A stretch of 64,000 nt of DNA from Candidatus Eiseniibacteriota bacterium (GTDB taxonomy: Bacteria; Eisenbacteria; RBG-16-71-46; CAZAMP01). Location: positions 5,024,001 through 5,088,000 of the forward strand of contig OZ245046.1 of NCBI GenBank assembly GCA_965224245.1, in the 5' to 3' direction. Below, in pieces: positions 9,589 to 19,410 of this stretch. The notes under the pieces were generated by a model, which ran no database searches, was not told where the DNA came from, and saw only the letters and a program-made list of their open reading frames with translations. Position numbers and translations under genes: made by a program. Each line of letters begins with the position of its first letter. The stretch's first letter is position 1.

Positions 9589-10476
9589 ATGACGAGCATC
9601 GCGGGACACGACGACCAGCGTCACGACGGCTTCGCCGATCGACTCCTCCATCTCGATCGGCGGATCATCTTCCTGTGCGTCGCGCTCGCGGTGATCATCC
9701 CCATCATCCGGCCCATCGGGATGCCCATCAAGTCGTCCAAGGAGGCCGAGGACTTCATCGCCGCGCTGGAGGAGGTGAAGCCCGGTGAGGTCGTGATGTT
9801 CTCGTTCGACTACGAGGCGGACGTGCGTGCCGAGCTGGACCCGATGGCGATCACCACCTTCCGTTACTGCTTCGACCACGACATCAAGATCGTCGCGTTG
9901 ACGAACTACGCCGGTGGCCCGGGCATCGCCGAGGCCGTGTACCGTCCCGCAATGGAGGAGTTCGGCAAGACCTACGGCGAGGACTTCGTCTTTCTCGGCT
10001 ACAACACCGACTGGCAGGGCACGATGCTCCGGATGGGCGAGTCCATCCGCGCCACGTTTCCGGCCGACCACTACGGAGCCCGCACCGACGGGATGTCCAT
10101 CCTCGACGGTGTCGACTCGTACGCCGACATCCCGCTCCTCGTGTCGGTGGCCGGCAGCGCGCTCGCCGAGTACTGGGCGATCTTCGCCGGAGGCAAGTAC
10201 CAGCAGAAGGTGATCACCGGCAACACGGCCATCCAGGCCATCCTCGTCTACCCGTACTACAACGCGGGGCAGATCTCGGGCTTTCTCGGCGGCCTGAAGG
10301 GCGCCGCCGAGTTCGAGAAGCTGGCCGGGTACTCCGGTGACGCGACCCTGGGCATGGACGCGCAGAGCACGGCGCACGGCCTGATGGTCGTGTTCATCCT
10401 GCTCGGCAACGTCGCGTTCTTCCTTCAGCGACGACAGCGCGGCCGCGATGCGCACGCGGGAGGATCGGCCACATGA
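9589..10476 (+). CDS. TM, soluble domain, TM protein, apparent paralogue of subunit 1; subunit 3
   Basis: DRRIIF TM, AELDP, YGEDFVFLGY, YPYYNAGQ..G.LGGLKGAAEFE, MDAQS, C-terminal TM. Confidence 0.85.
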   Translation: MTSIAGHDDQRHDGFADRLLHLDRRIIFLCVALAVIIPIIRPIGMPIKSSKEAEDFIAALEEVKPGEVVMFSFDYEADVRAELDPMAITTFRYCFDHDIKIVALTNYAGGPGIAEAVYRPAMEEFGKTYGEDFVFLGYNTDWQGTMLRMGESIRATFPADHYGARTDGMSILDGVDSYADIPLLVSVAGSALAEYWAIFAGGKYQQKVITGNTAIQAILVYPYYNAGQISGFLGGLKGAAEFEKLAGYSGDATLGMDAQSTAHGLMVVFILLGNVAFFLQRRQRGRDAHAGGSAT

Positions 10477-11096
10477 ACGTCGAGAGCATCGGCGTCCTCA
10501 TCGCCGCCTTCTTCACACTGGCGATCTTCAGCTTCCTGTACCGGGAGAATCCCGTCTACCGCTTCGCCGAGCATCTCCTGGTGGGGGTCTCGGCGGGCTA
10601 CTACCTCGTGCAGTTCTGCATCGCCGCCATCTACCGCAAGCTCTACGTGCCGATCGCCGACGACGGCCACTGGACGCTCGTCTTCGGCGGGATCCTCGGG
10701 TTCCTGATGCTGTTCCGCTTCTCACGCCGCACGGAGTGGATCTCGCGCTTCTCCCTCGCCTTCTACGTGTCGGCGGGCGCCGGCTACATCATCCCGAACA
10801 TCCTGAACGCGCAGGTGCTTGAGCAGGTGCAGGCCTCCTTCCTGTCACCGGCGGGAACGGTGTCGGCCTGGGCCACCGTGAAGGAGCTCCTGATCGTGGT
10901 GGGCGTGCTGTCGATTCTCGTCTACTTCTTCTTCTCGAAGCCGCACAAGGGCGCAACCTCCGCGGTGGCGAAGGTGGGCATCGCGTTCCTGATGGTAGGC
11001 TTCGGCGCCTCGTTCGGCTACACGGTCATGGGACGCGTGACGCTCCTCATCGGTCGCATCACGTTCCTGCTGCGAGACGTCCCCCAGGCCTTCTGA
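10473..11096 (+). CDS. Approx. 6-TM membrane protein; subunit 4
   Basis: ATGA overlap with the upstream stop; FSFLYRENPVYRFAEHLLVGVSAGY; FLMVGFGASFGYTVMGR. Confidence 0.85.
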   Translation: MNVESIGVLIAAFFTLAIFSFLYRENPVYRFAEHLLVGVSAGYYLVQFCIAAIYRKLYVPIADDGHWTLVFGGILGFLMLFRFSRRTEWISRFSLAFYVSAGAGYIIPNILNAQVLEQVQASFLSPAGTVSAWATVKELLIVVGVLSILVYFFFSKPHKGATSAVAKVGIAFLMVGFGASFGYTVMGRVTLLIGRITFLLRDVPQAF

Positions 11097-11151
11097 GTCT
11101 CCGCCCGACGGCAACCGCCCGCCGACCGCCGATCGCGACGACCGGCGCCGA

Positions 11152-14100
11152 TCACGGGGACGCGACCGTGAGCTTCTCGCGGGCCACGATCCGCCTGGCG
11201 TCGCCCGAGACGAACTCGAGTCGCACGAAGTAGACGCCCGCGGGCGCGGCACGTCCCGACGGCGTGCTCAGATCCCACACGACCGCGTGCTCGCCCCGCT
11301 CGACCGGTCTCGTGCCGGACGACCAGACGCGACGCCCGTCGACCGCGAACACGTCGACCACGGCCGATCCGTCGCCGGGCACCCGATAGTGGAGCCGGGT
11401 GGACGCCGAGACGGGGTTGGGACGCGACAGGAGCCACACGCCGGGGGACGTCGGCCGGGAGGCTGCGTCGGCGCGGGCAACCAGCTCGAAGCGATGTTCG
11501 CCGGGGTCGACGTCGAGCGAGCGAAGCGTGCCGAGATCCCACTCGATGCCCGTTCCGTCCTCGCGCAGCGTGACCGCGTGGCGGCCCGCCCCACCGCCGT
11601 CGAGCGCGAAGGCCAGCGTCGTGGGCCTCGACGCCGTCAGCGTGACCGTCCACGCGACGACGTCCGACGAGAGACCGGCGACGCTCTGCCGGTACCGCCT
11701 CGGCAGCGTTAGGGCAGGCGGGGAGTCGGGTCGACCGATCCAGAGATCCATCTCCTCGCCGGGAGCCGGGGGCGCGGCGGCACGATCCAGGGGATCCCAG
11801 TCGTCGCGCGCCTTCGCGTCCCGACCCAGGACGATCGTCCGGGTGGCGGCGTGCTCGGGCTCCGCCGTCCGCTCCCGTGCGGAGACGAGGACGCGTAGGG
11901 CCCACACCGCGCCGGTCGGCTCGGGAGCGCGGCCGACGGATCTCGCCGCCCCGGTGCCCACGACCTCCCCGGCCGGGATCATCAGCGTGAGGGGCCGCGC
12001 GACCAGGTTCAGCACCCAGCAGCCCGACGAGGCGGGAAGGTCGTCCGACATGACGTACGCGTCGCCCACGCGCTGGTACACGTCCTGACCGACGAGCGTG
12101 CCGGCATCGCTGAACGCGACCGGATCGCTGGCGCCGTCCCGGATCATCATCGCGTCGGGATCCACGAGCACGTCGTAGGCGGCGGGATTACCCACCATCG
12201 TCCAGTTGGATGGGAGGAGCGGGACCTCGAAGAAGCCCGGCTCCGCGGGCCAGCTCGTCGAGCCGAGGACCGACCACGGGTGAGACGTGCGTGTGGCGAG
12301 CCAGAACCCGGCGCCGGGCTCCACGTCGAAGGGCGTGGAGCCGTCCAGACGCTCGTACGCCGTCGTGATCCGGCGATGAAGGAACCAGGTCGTATCGCTC
12401 GACGGGCCGCCGAACACGGCCTCCAGCGCCGCGATCACGTCGTCGTCCTCGATGCCGATCGCCGGCAGTCCGATCATGTGGTGGCGGAGATCGCGATTGG
12501 GCGGCATGCCGGCGCCGGTCGTCACCGATGCGCGCCGAGGCGCGGCCGGTGTCCCGACCTGGAGCTCGCCGCCGTCGTCGATCGTCAGCGTCGCGACGTA
12601 CTCGAATCCCCGGATCGACGCGGACGCATCAACCGTCCAGTCCGGGCCGTCGAGCGTCATCTCCAGCGGGTCGCCGTACCCGTCCTCGCCGCCGAGTCGC
12701 CGGACGATCGACGCGGCGATGACCGACGCGGTCCCCACGTCGGGGTTCGGCAGCCTCATGACGACCCCTCCCGGGCCGGAGGTCACGGTGGCGTCGGCCA
12801 CGTCGACGGTCCTGACGCGGACCGACTCGGAGTAGCCGAAGTAGTCGACCGTGATCGTGGCCTCGCCGGCGGACACCCCCTCGAGCCGACCGGGCTCCAC
12901 CGAGACGACGCCGGGATCGGACGAGGACCAGAGGGCCAGTGCCGTGACGTCGGCCGTCCCGCCTCCGTCGAGCAGCAGGATCGCGTCGACCTCGGCCGTC
13001 ATGCCGACGGCGAGGTAGAGATCCGACTCGCTCAGCTCGAAGCCCACCGCGTCCTCGGCGATCACGGTGACGGTCACGGTGACGCCCGGCGAGACGTTGC
13101 CGGCCGCGTCGATGGCGGAGATGCGATACGAGTAGTCCTGATCGGTGATCAGGTCGGCGTGGTTGATCGTCGACTCCGTCGTGGTGAAGAAGATGAGCTC
13201 CTCGCCGTCGGCGAAGGACGTGGGCGGGGCGGATCCCTCCCTCCAGCGCACGACCGAGCCGACGGCGTCGGCGGGCAGGCTCCAGGTGATCGCGACCCCG
13301 TTGCCGCCGCTACGCGCGGTGACGTCGAACGGATCGGCGGGCGGCACGTCGTCGTCCTGCCGGATGGCCACGTCCCAGGGCTGCTCTCCGTCGGTGGCGA
13401 AGACCGTGGTCTGGGCATCGTCACCGCACGTCTGCACGTTCACGCGCTGCATGTCTCGATCGGCGAAGAACAGTCGGTCGCCGACCGGATCGTATGCCAC
13501 CCCCTCGGTCTCGGCCTGGGTCAAGAAGCACGCGTCGGACGAGTGGGACGTCCAGTCGCCCGTGATGTCGATGCGATGAATCGTGCCCTGATTCGCCGCG
13601 TCACGTTCGGTCCAGTAGAGCGTGCCCGCGATCGGATCGATGTCGATTGCCTCCACCTCCTCGGGGACGATGAGCGTCTTCGTGGTGGGCACCGCGTCGT
13701 CCAGGGTCGCGAGATCGATCGACGTGATCTGCCCGCCATCGGCGTGAGCCGAGCACCAGAAGATCCGGTTGCGCCAGAGATCGAGGGCGACGTCGTTGGG
13801 CTGGGTCGCCGTGCTGTCGACGATCGCGATGGGTGAGTGTCCGGCGTCCTGACCGTCGATGTGGCCGTAGAAGACGCCTCGGAACATCGGGTCGCTCGGA
13901 TTGCCGGCGTCGCACTGCGTACCGCCGCCGCGCGCGGCCCAGTAGACGCGCTGGCGGAAGGGGTCGACCGCCACGCCCTTGGCGCCGCACCAGTCGTACA
14001 GCAGGCGCCGTTCCCCGGTGCTCGGGTCGACAGTCAGAACCTCGTCCTCGCCGCGCTGGGTGACGAAGATCTGCCTAGTCAGGGGCTCCCACGCGATGCG

Positions 14101-15486
14101 CTGTGCGCTGGACAGGTCCTGAGCCAGGACGTCCGTGTAGCCGCGTCCGATCCGGGTGGCGCCGAGGAAGTTGCTCTCCGCGTCGCTGGGCGCGAGTCCC
14201 GTCCAGTAGACCGTCGCCGTGCCGCCTCCCGGCTCGCCGCGGGTGATCGTGATCGTGGACCGATACGGGCGGGCGACGCTCAGGTTGCCATCCTCGTCCT
14301 CGAAGAACAGCGCATACGAGACGACGTCATCCGCGGTGGGATGGACGACCTCGGTGGCGTCGTCGACGAAGAGCACGGCCGGCGCTCCCTCGAAGGGATT
14401 TCCCGGAGGTATGAAGCCCGGTCTCCACCGGATCACGGTGGTCGCCACCAGGCTCGTGTCCGGCGGTGCCGCCCAGCGAAGCCGGACCCCCGACGGCGTC
14501 GCGGCGCCCGAGGCGGCGAACACCCGCGGAGGCGGGCGCCGATCCAGCCGCTCGACGACGATGTCGCCCGGGAGCGACCCGTCCGGAAGCGCGTGGTCGG
14601 GCGTCGTCAGGACCACCGGTCCGGTCGCGTCCAGATCGGCCACGAGGATGGCCGGTGCGCTCGGACTGCGATCGGTCCAGTACAGTCGACGCGCCTCGGA
14701 GTCGATGAACAGGCCCCGCGGCGACGTGTCGCCCACGTCGTAGCGCGCGAACAGGACGGGTCCGCCGCTCCCGTCGGCCGCATGCGAGTAGATGCCCCTC
14801 CCCGAGCTCTGGGTCGAGGTCCAGAAGACGCGGTCGGACTCGGGGTCGTAGTCGACGTCCCAGATGACGCCCGCACTGGAGACGATCTGGGTGGAGCCAT
14901 TGGGATCGGTCCGCCAGATCGCCTGGACCGGCAGCTCCTTCTGACCCCAGTACAGCGCGTTGGTGCGAAGGTCGGCGACCAGCCCCCTGGGTCCGAGGAG
15001 GTCACCGACCACGGTGATCTGCCCGGTCCCGTCCGTGGCCCGGCGGACGACCGAGCCGAGTATGGGCGGCGAGGCGTCGTCCCGCCCGGTCTCCAGCCAG
15101 AAGACGTCTCCCCGGAAGCGGTCGACCGCGATCGCTTCGGGGTTTGCCGACTCCAGGAGCGGCGTGCCGAACGGCTCGTGCACGAACACGTCGGTCCCGG
15201 TCACCGGCGTGCGGTAGAGCGCGTCGGGGTTCGCACTCATCCAGTAGAGCATGCCGGAGCGCCGATCGAAGGCGAGCCCGTCGTTCGCGTCGCTGGCGAT
15301 CGCGGCGATTCCGAGAGGTGTGGTCGAGTCGTCCTCGTTGATCCGGTAGATCTCGTCGACGGCCGGATTCGCATCCACCCAGTAGATGTGGCGGCCGGTC
15401 TCGGCCTGTCCGCGCCCGGCGATCCCGATCAGAAGCGCGAGGGCGGCGTGCGCGGCGATGACGCGCGGACGTGTCGAAGCGGTCAT
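11152..15486 (-). CDS. Large secreted protein: YWTD-type propellers, Fn3-like segments, an Ig-like domain and a C-terminal FlgD-Ig/T9SS-like domain
   Basis: AGGAGG before ATG 15486; signal peptide; repeated IYWVD/LYWTD/VFWTS/LYWTE; WSSSDPGVVSV; PNPV...FAVDGRRV...WD...GVYFVRL. Confidence 0.85.
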   Translation of the reverse strand: MTASTRPRVIAAHAALALLIGIAGRGQAETGRHIYWVDANPAVDEIYRINEDDSTTPLGIAAIASDANDGLAFDRRSGMLYWMSANPDALYRTPVTGTDVFVHEPFGTPLLESANPEAIAVDRFRGDVFWLETGRDDASPPILGSVVRRATDGTGQITVVGDLLGPRGLVADLRTNALYWGQKELPVQAIWRTDPNGSTQIVSSAGVIWDVDYDPESDRVFWTSTQSSGRGIYSHAADGSGGPVLFARYDVGDTSPRGLFIDSEARRLYWTDRSPSAPAILVADLDATGPVVLTTPDHALPDGSLPGDIVVERLDRRPPPRVFAASGAATPSGVRLRWAAPPDTSLVATTVIRWRPGFIPPGNPFEGAPAVLFVDDATEVVHPTADDVVSYALFFEDEDGNLSVARPYRSTITITRGEPGGGTATVYWTGLAPSDAESNFLGATRIGRGYTDVLAQDLSSAQRIAWEPLTRQIFVTQRGEDEVLTVDPSTGERRLLYDWCGAKGVAVDPFRQRVYWAARGGGTQCDAGNPSDPMFRGVFYGHIDGQDAGHSPIAIVDSTATQPNDVALDLWRNRIFWCSAHADGGQITSIDLATLDDAVPTTKTLIVPEEVEAIDIDPIAGTLYWTERDAANQGTIHRIDITGDWTSHSSDACFLTQAETEGVAYDPVGDRLFFADRDMQRVNVQTCGDDAQTTVFATDGEQPWDVAIRQDDDVPPADPFDVTARSGGNGVAITWSLPADAVGSVVRWREGSAPPTSFADGEELIFFTTTESTINHADLITDQDYSYRISAIDAAGNVSPGVTVTVTVIAEDAVGFELSESDLYLAVGMTAEVDAILLLDGGGTADVTALALWSSSDPGVVSVEPGRLEGVSAGEATITVDYFGYSESVRVRTVDVADATVTSGPGGVVMRLPNPDVGTASVIAASIVRRLGGEDGYGDPLEMTLDGPDWTVDASASIRGFEYVATLTIDDGGELQVGTPAAPRRASVTTGAGMPPNRDLRHHMIGLPAIGIEDDDVIAALEAVFGGPSSDTTWFLHRRITTAYERLDGSTPFDVEPGAGFWLATRTSHPWSVLGSTSWPAEPGFFEVPLLPSNWTMVGNPAAYDVLVDPDAMMIRDGASDPVAFSDAGTLVGQDVYQRVGDAYVMSDDLPASSGCWVLNLVARPLTLMIPAGEVVGTGAARSVGRAPEPTGAVWALRVLVSARERTAEPEHAATRTIVLGRDAKARDDWDPLDRAAAPPAPGEEMDLWIGRPDSPPALTLPRRYRQSVAGLSSDVVAWTVTLTASRPTTLAFALDGGGAGRHAVTLREDGTGIEWDLGTLRSLDVDPGEHRFELVARADAASRPTSPGVWLLSRPNPVSASTRLHYRVPGDGSAVVDVFAVDGRRVWSSGTRPVERGEHAVVWDLSTPSGRAAPAGVYFVRLEFVSGDARRIVAREKLTVASP

Positions 15487-15506
15487 GCGTGTCACCTCCT
15501 CCGGGA

Positions 15507-16397
15507 TCACCAGCGCAGGATCCAGGCGATCGGTCCCAGGCCGGGCGGCGGCGGCGGGTTCGGGTCCAGGCGGTCGGGCTCTTGCTCCCCGTTCTTCTCG
15601 TCGCCCTTGAACAGAAGGTATCCGCCGACGCCCGCGGCGGCGACACCGGCCACGATCGCGACGGTCCTGAGGATGGAGGATCCATCCTCGTCGCTGGGCG
15701 TCACCAGCGTGACCGGGATCCTCTGCTCGCGCGCACCATCGATCGTGAACACGAGCGCGGCGGCGGCGGCGCCCACGACGTCGCTCGCGCCGGGTCCGGG
15801 CGTCACCCGCACCTCGGCGGCTCCCGACGCCGCGGTCCCGTTCCTCGGTGTCACCGAGAGCCAGGACGGAGGCGTCTGCAGCGACCAGGTGAACGCCCGA
15901 CCATCGGCCGACGCCAGCGTGAGCGTCCGGACGAGTTCGCCGTCCTCCCGATCACCGCGCAGCTCGAGGCTCTCGGGCGTGATCGTGACGCGGATGGGCC
16001 GGCTGGCGCGCGCCTCCTCGAGGAGCGAACGCTCGGTCATGCCGCCGGGCTCGGGCTGGAACGTGGGCAGCTCCTCCAGCAGCGCGCGGTACTCGGACAG
16101 GGCGCTCTCGCGATCACCCATCGATACGAAGATCTGCGCGCGGAGATCTCGAACCTCCGCGCGACACACCGGATCGAGCGACGAGAGATCCAGACCACGG
16201 ACGGTGTCGAGCGCGCGCTCGAACTGAGCTTCGTCGTAGAACAGCGAGACCGCGCGGGCGATGTCGGGGTCGCCGGCGGCGCAATCGTCGATGCGCGCGG
16301 CCGCCGCCGCCGTCGCGGACAGTGCGGCGACGCCGAGGGCGAGGCACGTGGTCTGCGCCCGCCGGCGGACGGTCGCGAGTCGTGTCGATGTCTGCAT
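15507..16397 (-). CDS. Exported TPR + BACON-like protein with a C-terminal hydrophobic segment
   Basis: Signal peptide, helical TPR-like region, FTWSL..PSWLSVTP.NG, VAIVAGVAAAGVGGYLLF, poly-Pro; GGGGAG RBS. Confidence 0.7.
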   Translation of the reverse strand: MQTSTRLATVRRRAQTTCLALGVAALSATAAAAARIDDCAAGDPDIARAVSLFYDEAQFERALDTVRGLDLSSLDPVCRAEVRDLRAQIFVSMGDRESALSEYRALLEELPTFQPEPGGMTERSLLEEARASRPIRVTITPESLELRGDREDGELVRTLTLASADGRAFTWSLQTPPSWLSVTPRNGTAASGAAEVRVTPGPGASDVVGAAAAALVFTIDGAREQRIPVTLVTPSDEDGSSILRTVAIVAGVAAAGVGGYLLFKGDEKNGEQEPDRLDPNPPPPPGLGPIAWILRW

Positions 16398-16427
16398 GGC
16401 GACTCCCCGATCGGTGAGATCTCACCG

Positions 16428-19181
16428 TCAGTTGGCGATCATCCGGAACTCCACCATGACCGTATCACCCGGCGCCAGTCGCACGTCACCAAACTCGGGC
16501 TCCGACCGGTGGCCGTCGCGCGACACCGTGACGCGGTAGGGCCGCTCCCGCCACTCGAGCTCGAGGGCGGGCACGGGCGTGCGAATCGGTCCGCCGGCGC
16601 CGGTGAGCGGCTCACCATCGATCGACACCGGATCTCGTCCCCCGCTCACGATGCGGACGTAGCCGACGTCCGGCGTCGCGTCGAAGGTGATGGCCTCGAC
16701 GCCGCCGTCGACGGCGCGGACCGACCGCCTGGCCGGCGAGAACCGATGTCCCAGCTTGGAGACGGTGACGTCGATCTCGTCGTCCGTCGTCGTGACGTCT
16801 GCCCGGAACGGCAACCGAACGCTCTCGTAGAGTCGATCGCCGATCCGGACGTCGACGTCGGTGAGCCGGCCGGCGGCCACGCGAACGGTGAACGTCTTCT
16901 CGCGCGGGGTCGGCGGCACGTCCCGATCCCACGGCTTCTCGTCGAGCCGCACGTGGGTCGCGAAGTCCTGCCCGGGGTCGATGCGGATGGACGACGTCGA
17001 CGGCTCGAACCCGCTCTTGCCGACCTCGAGTCGGCCCTCCAGCCGCGCGTCGGTGTCGATCCGATAACGCTCGATGGGAGTGGTGCCCAGTGAGCGCCCG
17101 TCGAAGACGACGGAGGCGCCCGTCGGTGTGCTGGTCACGCTCAGGGTCACGTAGGTGCGGACGAGCTGGATCGGCGGTACGCGCGTGGCTCGACCCCCGA
17201 CGACGTCGATCGATCGCGTCTCCGCGCGGTAGCCGGCGTGCTCCGCTCGAACCGTGTACGTGCCGGCGGGCAGCGAGTCGACCGCACCGGCAGCCAGCGT
17301 GACGCCGGTCTCGACGATCCGAACGGTCGCGTCCCCCGGCGTCACCGCGACCAGGGCGATGGTGCCGACCGTGGAGGTGGGCGTCTGGATCTCCGCGTCG
17401 GGCCAGAGCGCCCAGACGCCGAGCAAGACGACCACGACCGCCGTGAGTGCGGCGGGGAGCACCCACCGGCGCCGAGCCGGCGCGGCCGGCGACCCGGGTG
17501 CCGTCCTCGCCGGCGCGACCACCGGCGTCGGCATCACCGGCGGTGCCGGCGACTCCGCGGTCGGACCCGGAGAGCTGCGCGACCTCGACGCGTCCGCCCC
17601 CGCGAGCGATCCCGATCCGGAGCGCGAGCCCGACCCCGGATCCGACCCGGACGCCGAATCCGTCCCGGACGCGAGACCCGTCCCCGTCGAGACGTCGGAC
17701 CCCGAATCGACACCGGTCCCGGACCCGAGATCCGCCCCCGACGTGACGTCGGACCCCGACGTGACGTCGGACCCCGACGTGACGTCGGACCCAGCTTCGA
17801 CATCCGACCCGGTGTCGCTCGTGCCCGGTTCCGATCCGGGTCGTGAGCCCGATCCGGGGTCGGACTCGGGGCGAGACGACGACGTCGGCGTCCTGGCCAC
17901 GATCGTCGGATCGTCGTCCGCCTCGGGTGTCGGCAGTGGGGTCGGCGTGAACTGCGTGGCGTCGTCGTCCACCGTCGTCGAGCGAGAGGCCGCACTGGAC
18001 CTGAGCGTGACGTCGGGGTCCACCTCCACGCCGGTATCGAGCAGGTCCCCGACGCCCGAGTCCTCGATGATGCGCGTCTCGTCCGGAGTGAGAACCTCGC
18101 GCAGGTCCTGAACGTTCTGCCGGCGCAGCATCTGCCGGATGTCGTTCATGACCGCCATTGCTTCCTCGTTGCCCTTGTCCACGTACAGCACGACGGTGAT
18201 CGCCTTGAGGGCGTCGATCGCCTTGCGCTCGCCGAACGCGATCAGGTTGTGCGCCTTGTACAGGTATCGCCTGGCCACCTGCCGCCGCATCGCGCCCGAG
18301 ACCCCGAGAGGATCGCGCACGAACTCCTCGAGCAGTCTCCGGCGGCGCGGGATGTTCAGTCCGTCGACGAAGCGTTCCATCCACTCCCGGACGTCGCCGG
18401 TATCCGCCGGCCGACCCGAGGGCTCCTTGGCCAGGAGGCAGTGCACGAACTCGCTCAGCTCGGGGGTCACGAGCGGATTCCGTTCGTCGAGCCGTACCGG
18501 CTCGTCCCGCACGATCGCGGTATGAATCGCGATGGCGGATCGCCCCTGGAACGGGCGCTGGTTCGCAAGGAGCTGGTACGCGATGACGCCGAACGCGAAC
18601 AGGTCGGCGCGGAAGTCGACCTCGTCCGACACGATCTGCTCGGGGGCCATGTAGGCCGGGGTGCCGAGACTCTGACCGGTCGACGTGACGTTCGAGACGT
18701 CGATCGTGGACTTGGCCAGGCCGAAGTCACCGATCTTGGCCACACCGTCGCGTGAGATGAGAATGTTCGAGGGCTTGAGATCGCGGTGCAGGACACCCCT
18801 CGCGTGCGCCACCTCGAGTCCGCGCACGATCTGGAGCAGGAGGAGCGATGCGACCTCGAGCGGCATCGGCGACACCGACTTGATCATCTGATCCAGCGTC
18901 GGTCCGTCGACGAACTCGAGCACCATGAACGGCGGCCGATTGGAGCGAGAGTACTCGATGACGCCGACGATGTTCTCGCTGTGGAGTCCCGCCGCCGATC
19001 GGGCTTCGATCTCGAAGCGCTTCAGGAACTCCTCGCCGTCCGCCAGGTGCGGGTGGATCGTCTTGACGGCGCGGACGGCACCGATCGACAGCTGCCGGGC
19101 CGCATAGACGGTCCCCATCGCGCCGTGATCGATGCGTCGGAGAATCTCGTAGCCGGGAATGTCGGGAAGGTCGTTGGACAT
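16428..19181 (-). CDS. Hanks-type Ser/Thr kinase with low-complexity linker, TM and extracytoplasmic PEGA domains
   Basis: GAMGTVY, AVK, HRDLKPSN, DFG, GTPAYMAPE; TM WVLPAALTAVVVVLLGVW; VTSTPTGASVVFDG..LGTTP. Confidence 0.92.
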   Translation of the reverse strand: MSNDLPDIPGYEILRRIDHGAMGTVYAARQLSIGAVRAVKTIHPHLADGEEFLKRFEIEARSAAGLHSENIVGVIEYSRSNRPPFMVLEFVDGPTLDQMIKSVSPMPLEVASLLLLQIVRGLEVAHARGVLHRDLKPSNILISRDGVAKIGDFGLAKSTIDVSNVTSTGQSLGTPAYMAPEQIVSDEVDFRADLFAFGVIAYQLLANQRPFQGRSAIAIHTAIVRDEPVRLDERNPLVTPELSEFVHCLLAKEPSGRPADTGDVREWMERFVDGLNIPRRRRLLEEFVRDPLGVSGAMRRQVARRYLYKAHNLIAFGERKAIDALKAITVVLYVDKGNEEAMAVMNDIRQMLRRQNVQDLREVLTPDETRIIEDSGVGDLLDTGVEVDPDVTLRSSAASRSTTVDDDATQFTPTPLPTPEADDDPTIVARTPTSSSRPESDPGSGSRPGSEPGTSDTGSDVEAGSDVTSGSDVTSGSDVTSGADLGSGTGVDSGSDVSTGTGLASGTDSASGSDPGSGSRSGSGSLAGADASRSRSSPGPTAESPAPPVMPTPVVAPARTAPGSPAAPARRRWVLPAALTAVVVVLLGVWALWPDAEIQTPTSTVGTIALVAVTPGDATVRIVETGVTLAAGAVDSLPAGTYTVRAEHAGYRAETRSIDVVGGRATRVPPIQLVRTYVTLSVTSTPTGASVVFDGRSLGTTPIERYRIDTDARLEGRLEVGKSGFEPSTSSIRIDPGQDFATHVRLDEKPWDRDVPPTPREKTFTVRVAAGRLTDVDVRIGDRLYESVRLPFRADVTTTDDEIDVTVSKLGHRFSPARRSVRAVDGGVEAITFDATPDVGYVRIVSGGRDPVSIDGEPLTGAGGPIRTPVPALELEWRERPYRVTVSRDGHRSEPEFGDVRLAPGDTVMVEFRMIAN
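17736..17789. repeat. 18-bp tandem repeat, three perfect copies (CCCCGACGTGACGTCGGA), encoding (GSDVTS)n
   Basis: Read directly; flanked by degenerate GSxxxS/T hexapeptides in the kinase linker. Confidence 0.9.
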
Positions 19182-19410
19182 GCGTGGAACATCTCGCGAC
19201 TGCCGTCTCGGGAGCGAGCCCGAACGCACGCGTGCGATCCGAGCTGACATACGATATCACATTGGGAGGGCGAGCGTTCCGGGGAGACCGGGGAATGGGC
19301 AGGGGCTCGTCGGAGGGGAAGCCGCTGCGGATGGAGACGACTGGGAGCCGGGATGAACGCGGCCCCACCCGCAGCGAAACGGGTGAAACGTGGGGATCGG
19401 CGACCGCGGA

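Noticed and set aside
8898-11096. Calling the membrane operon Rnf, Nqr or an ABC/ECF transporter
   Set aside because: No conserved Cys pairs, flavin-attachment or Fe-S subunits and no Walker motifs; the resemblance is architectural only
17736-17789. Direct repeats as a possible CRISPR array
   Set aside because: No spacers, in frame within a kinase linker, no cas genes
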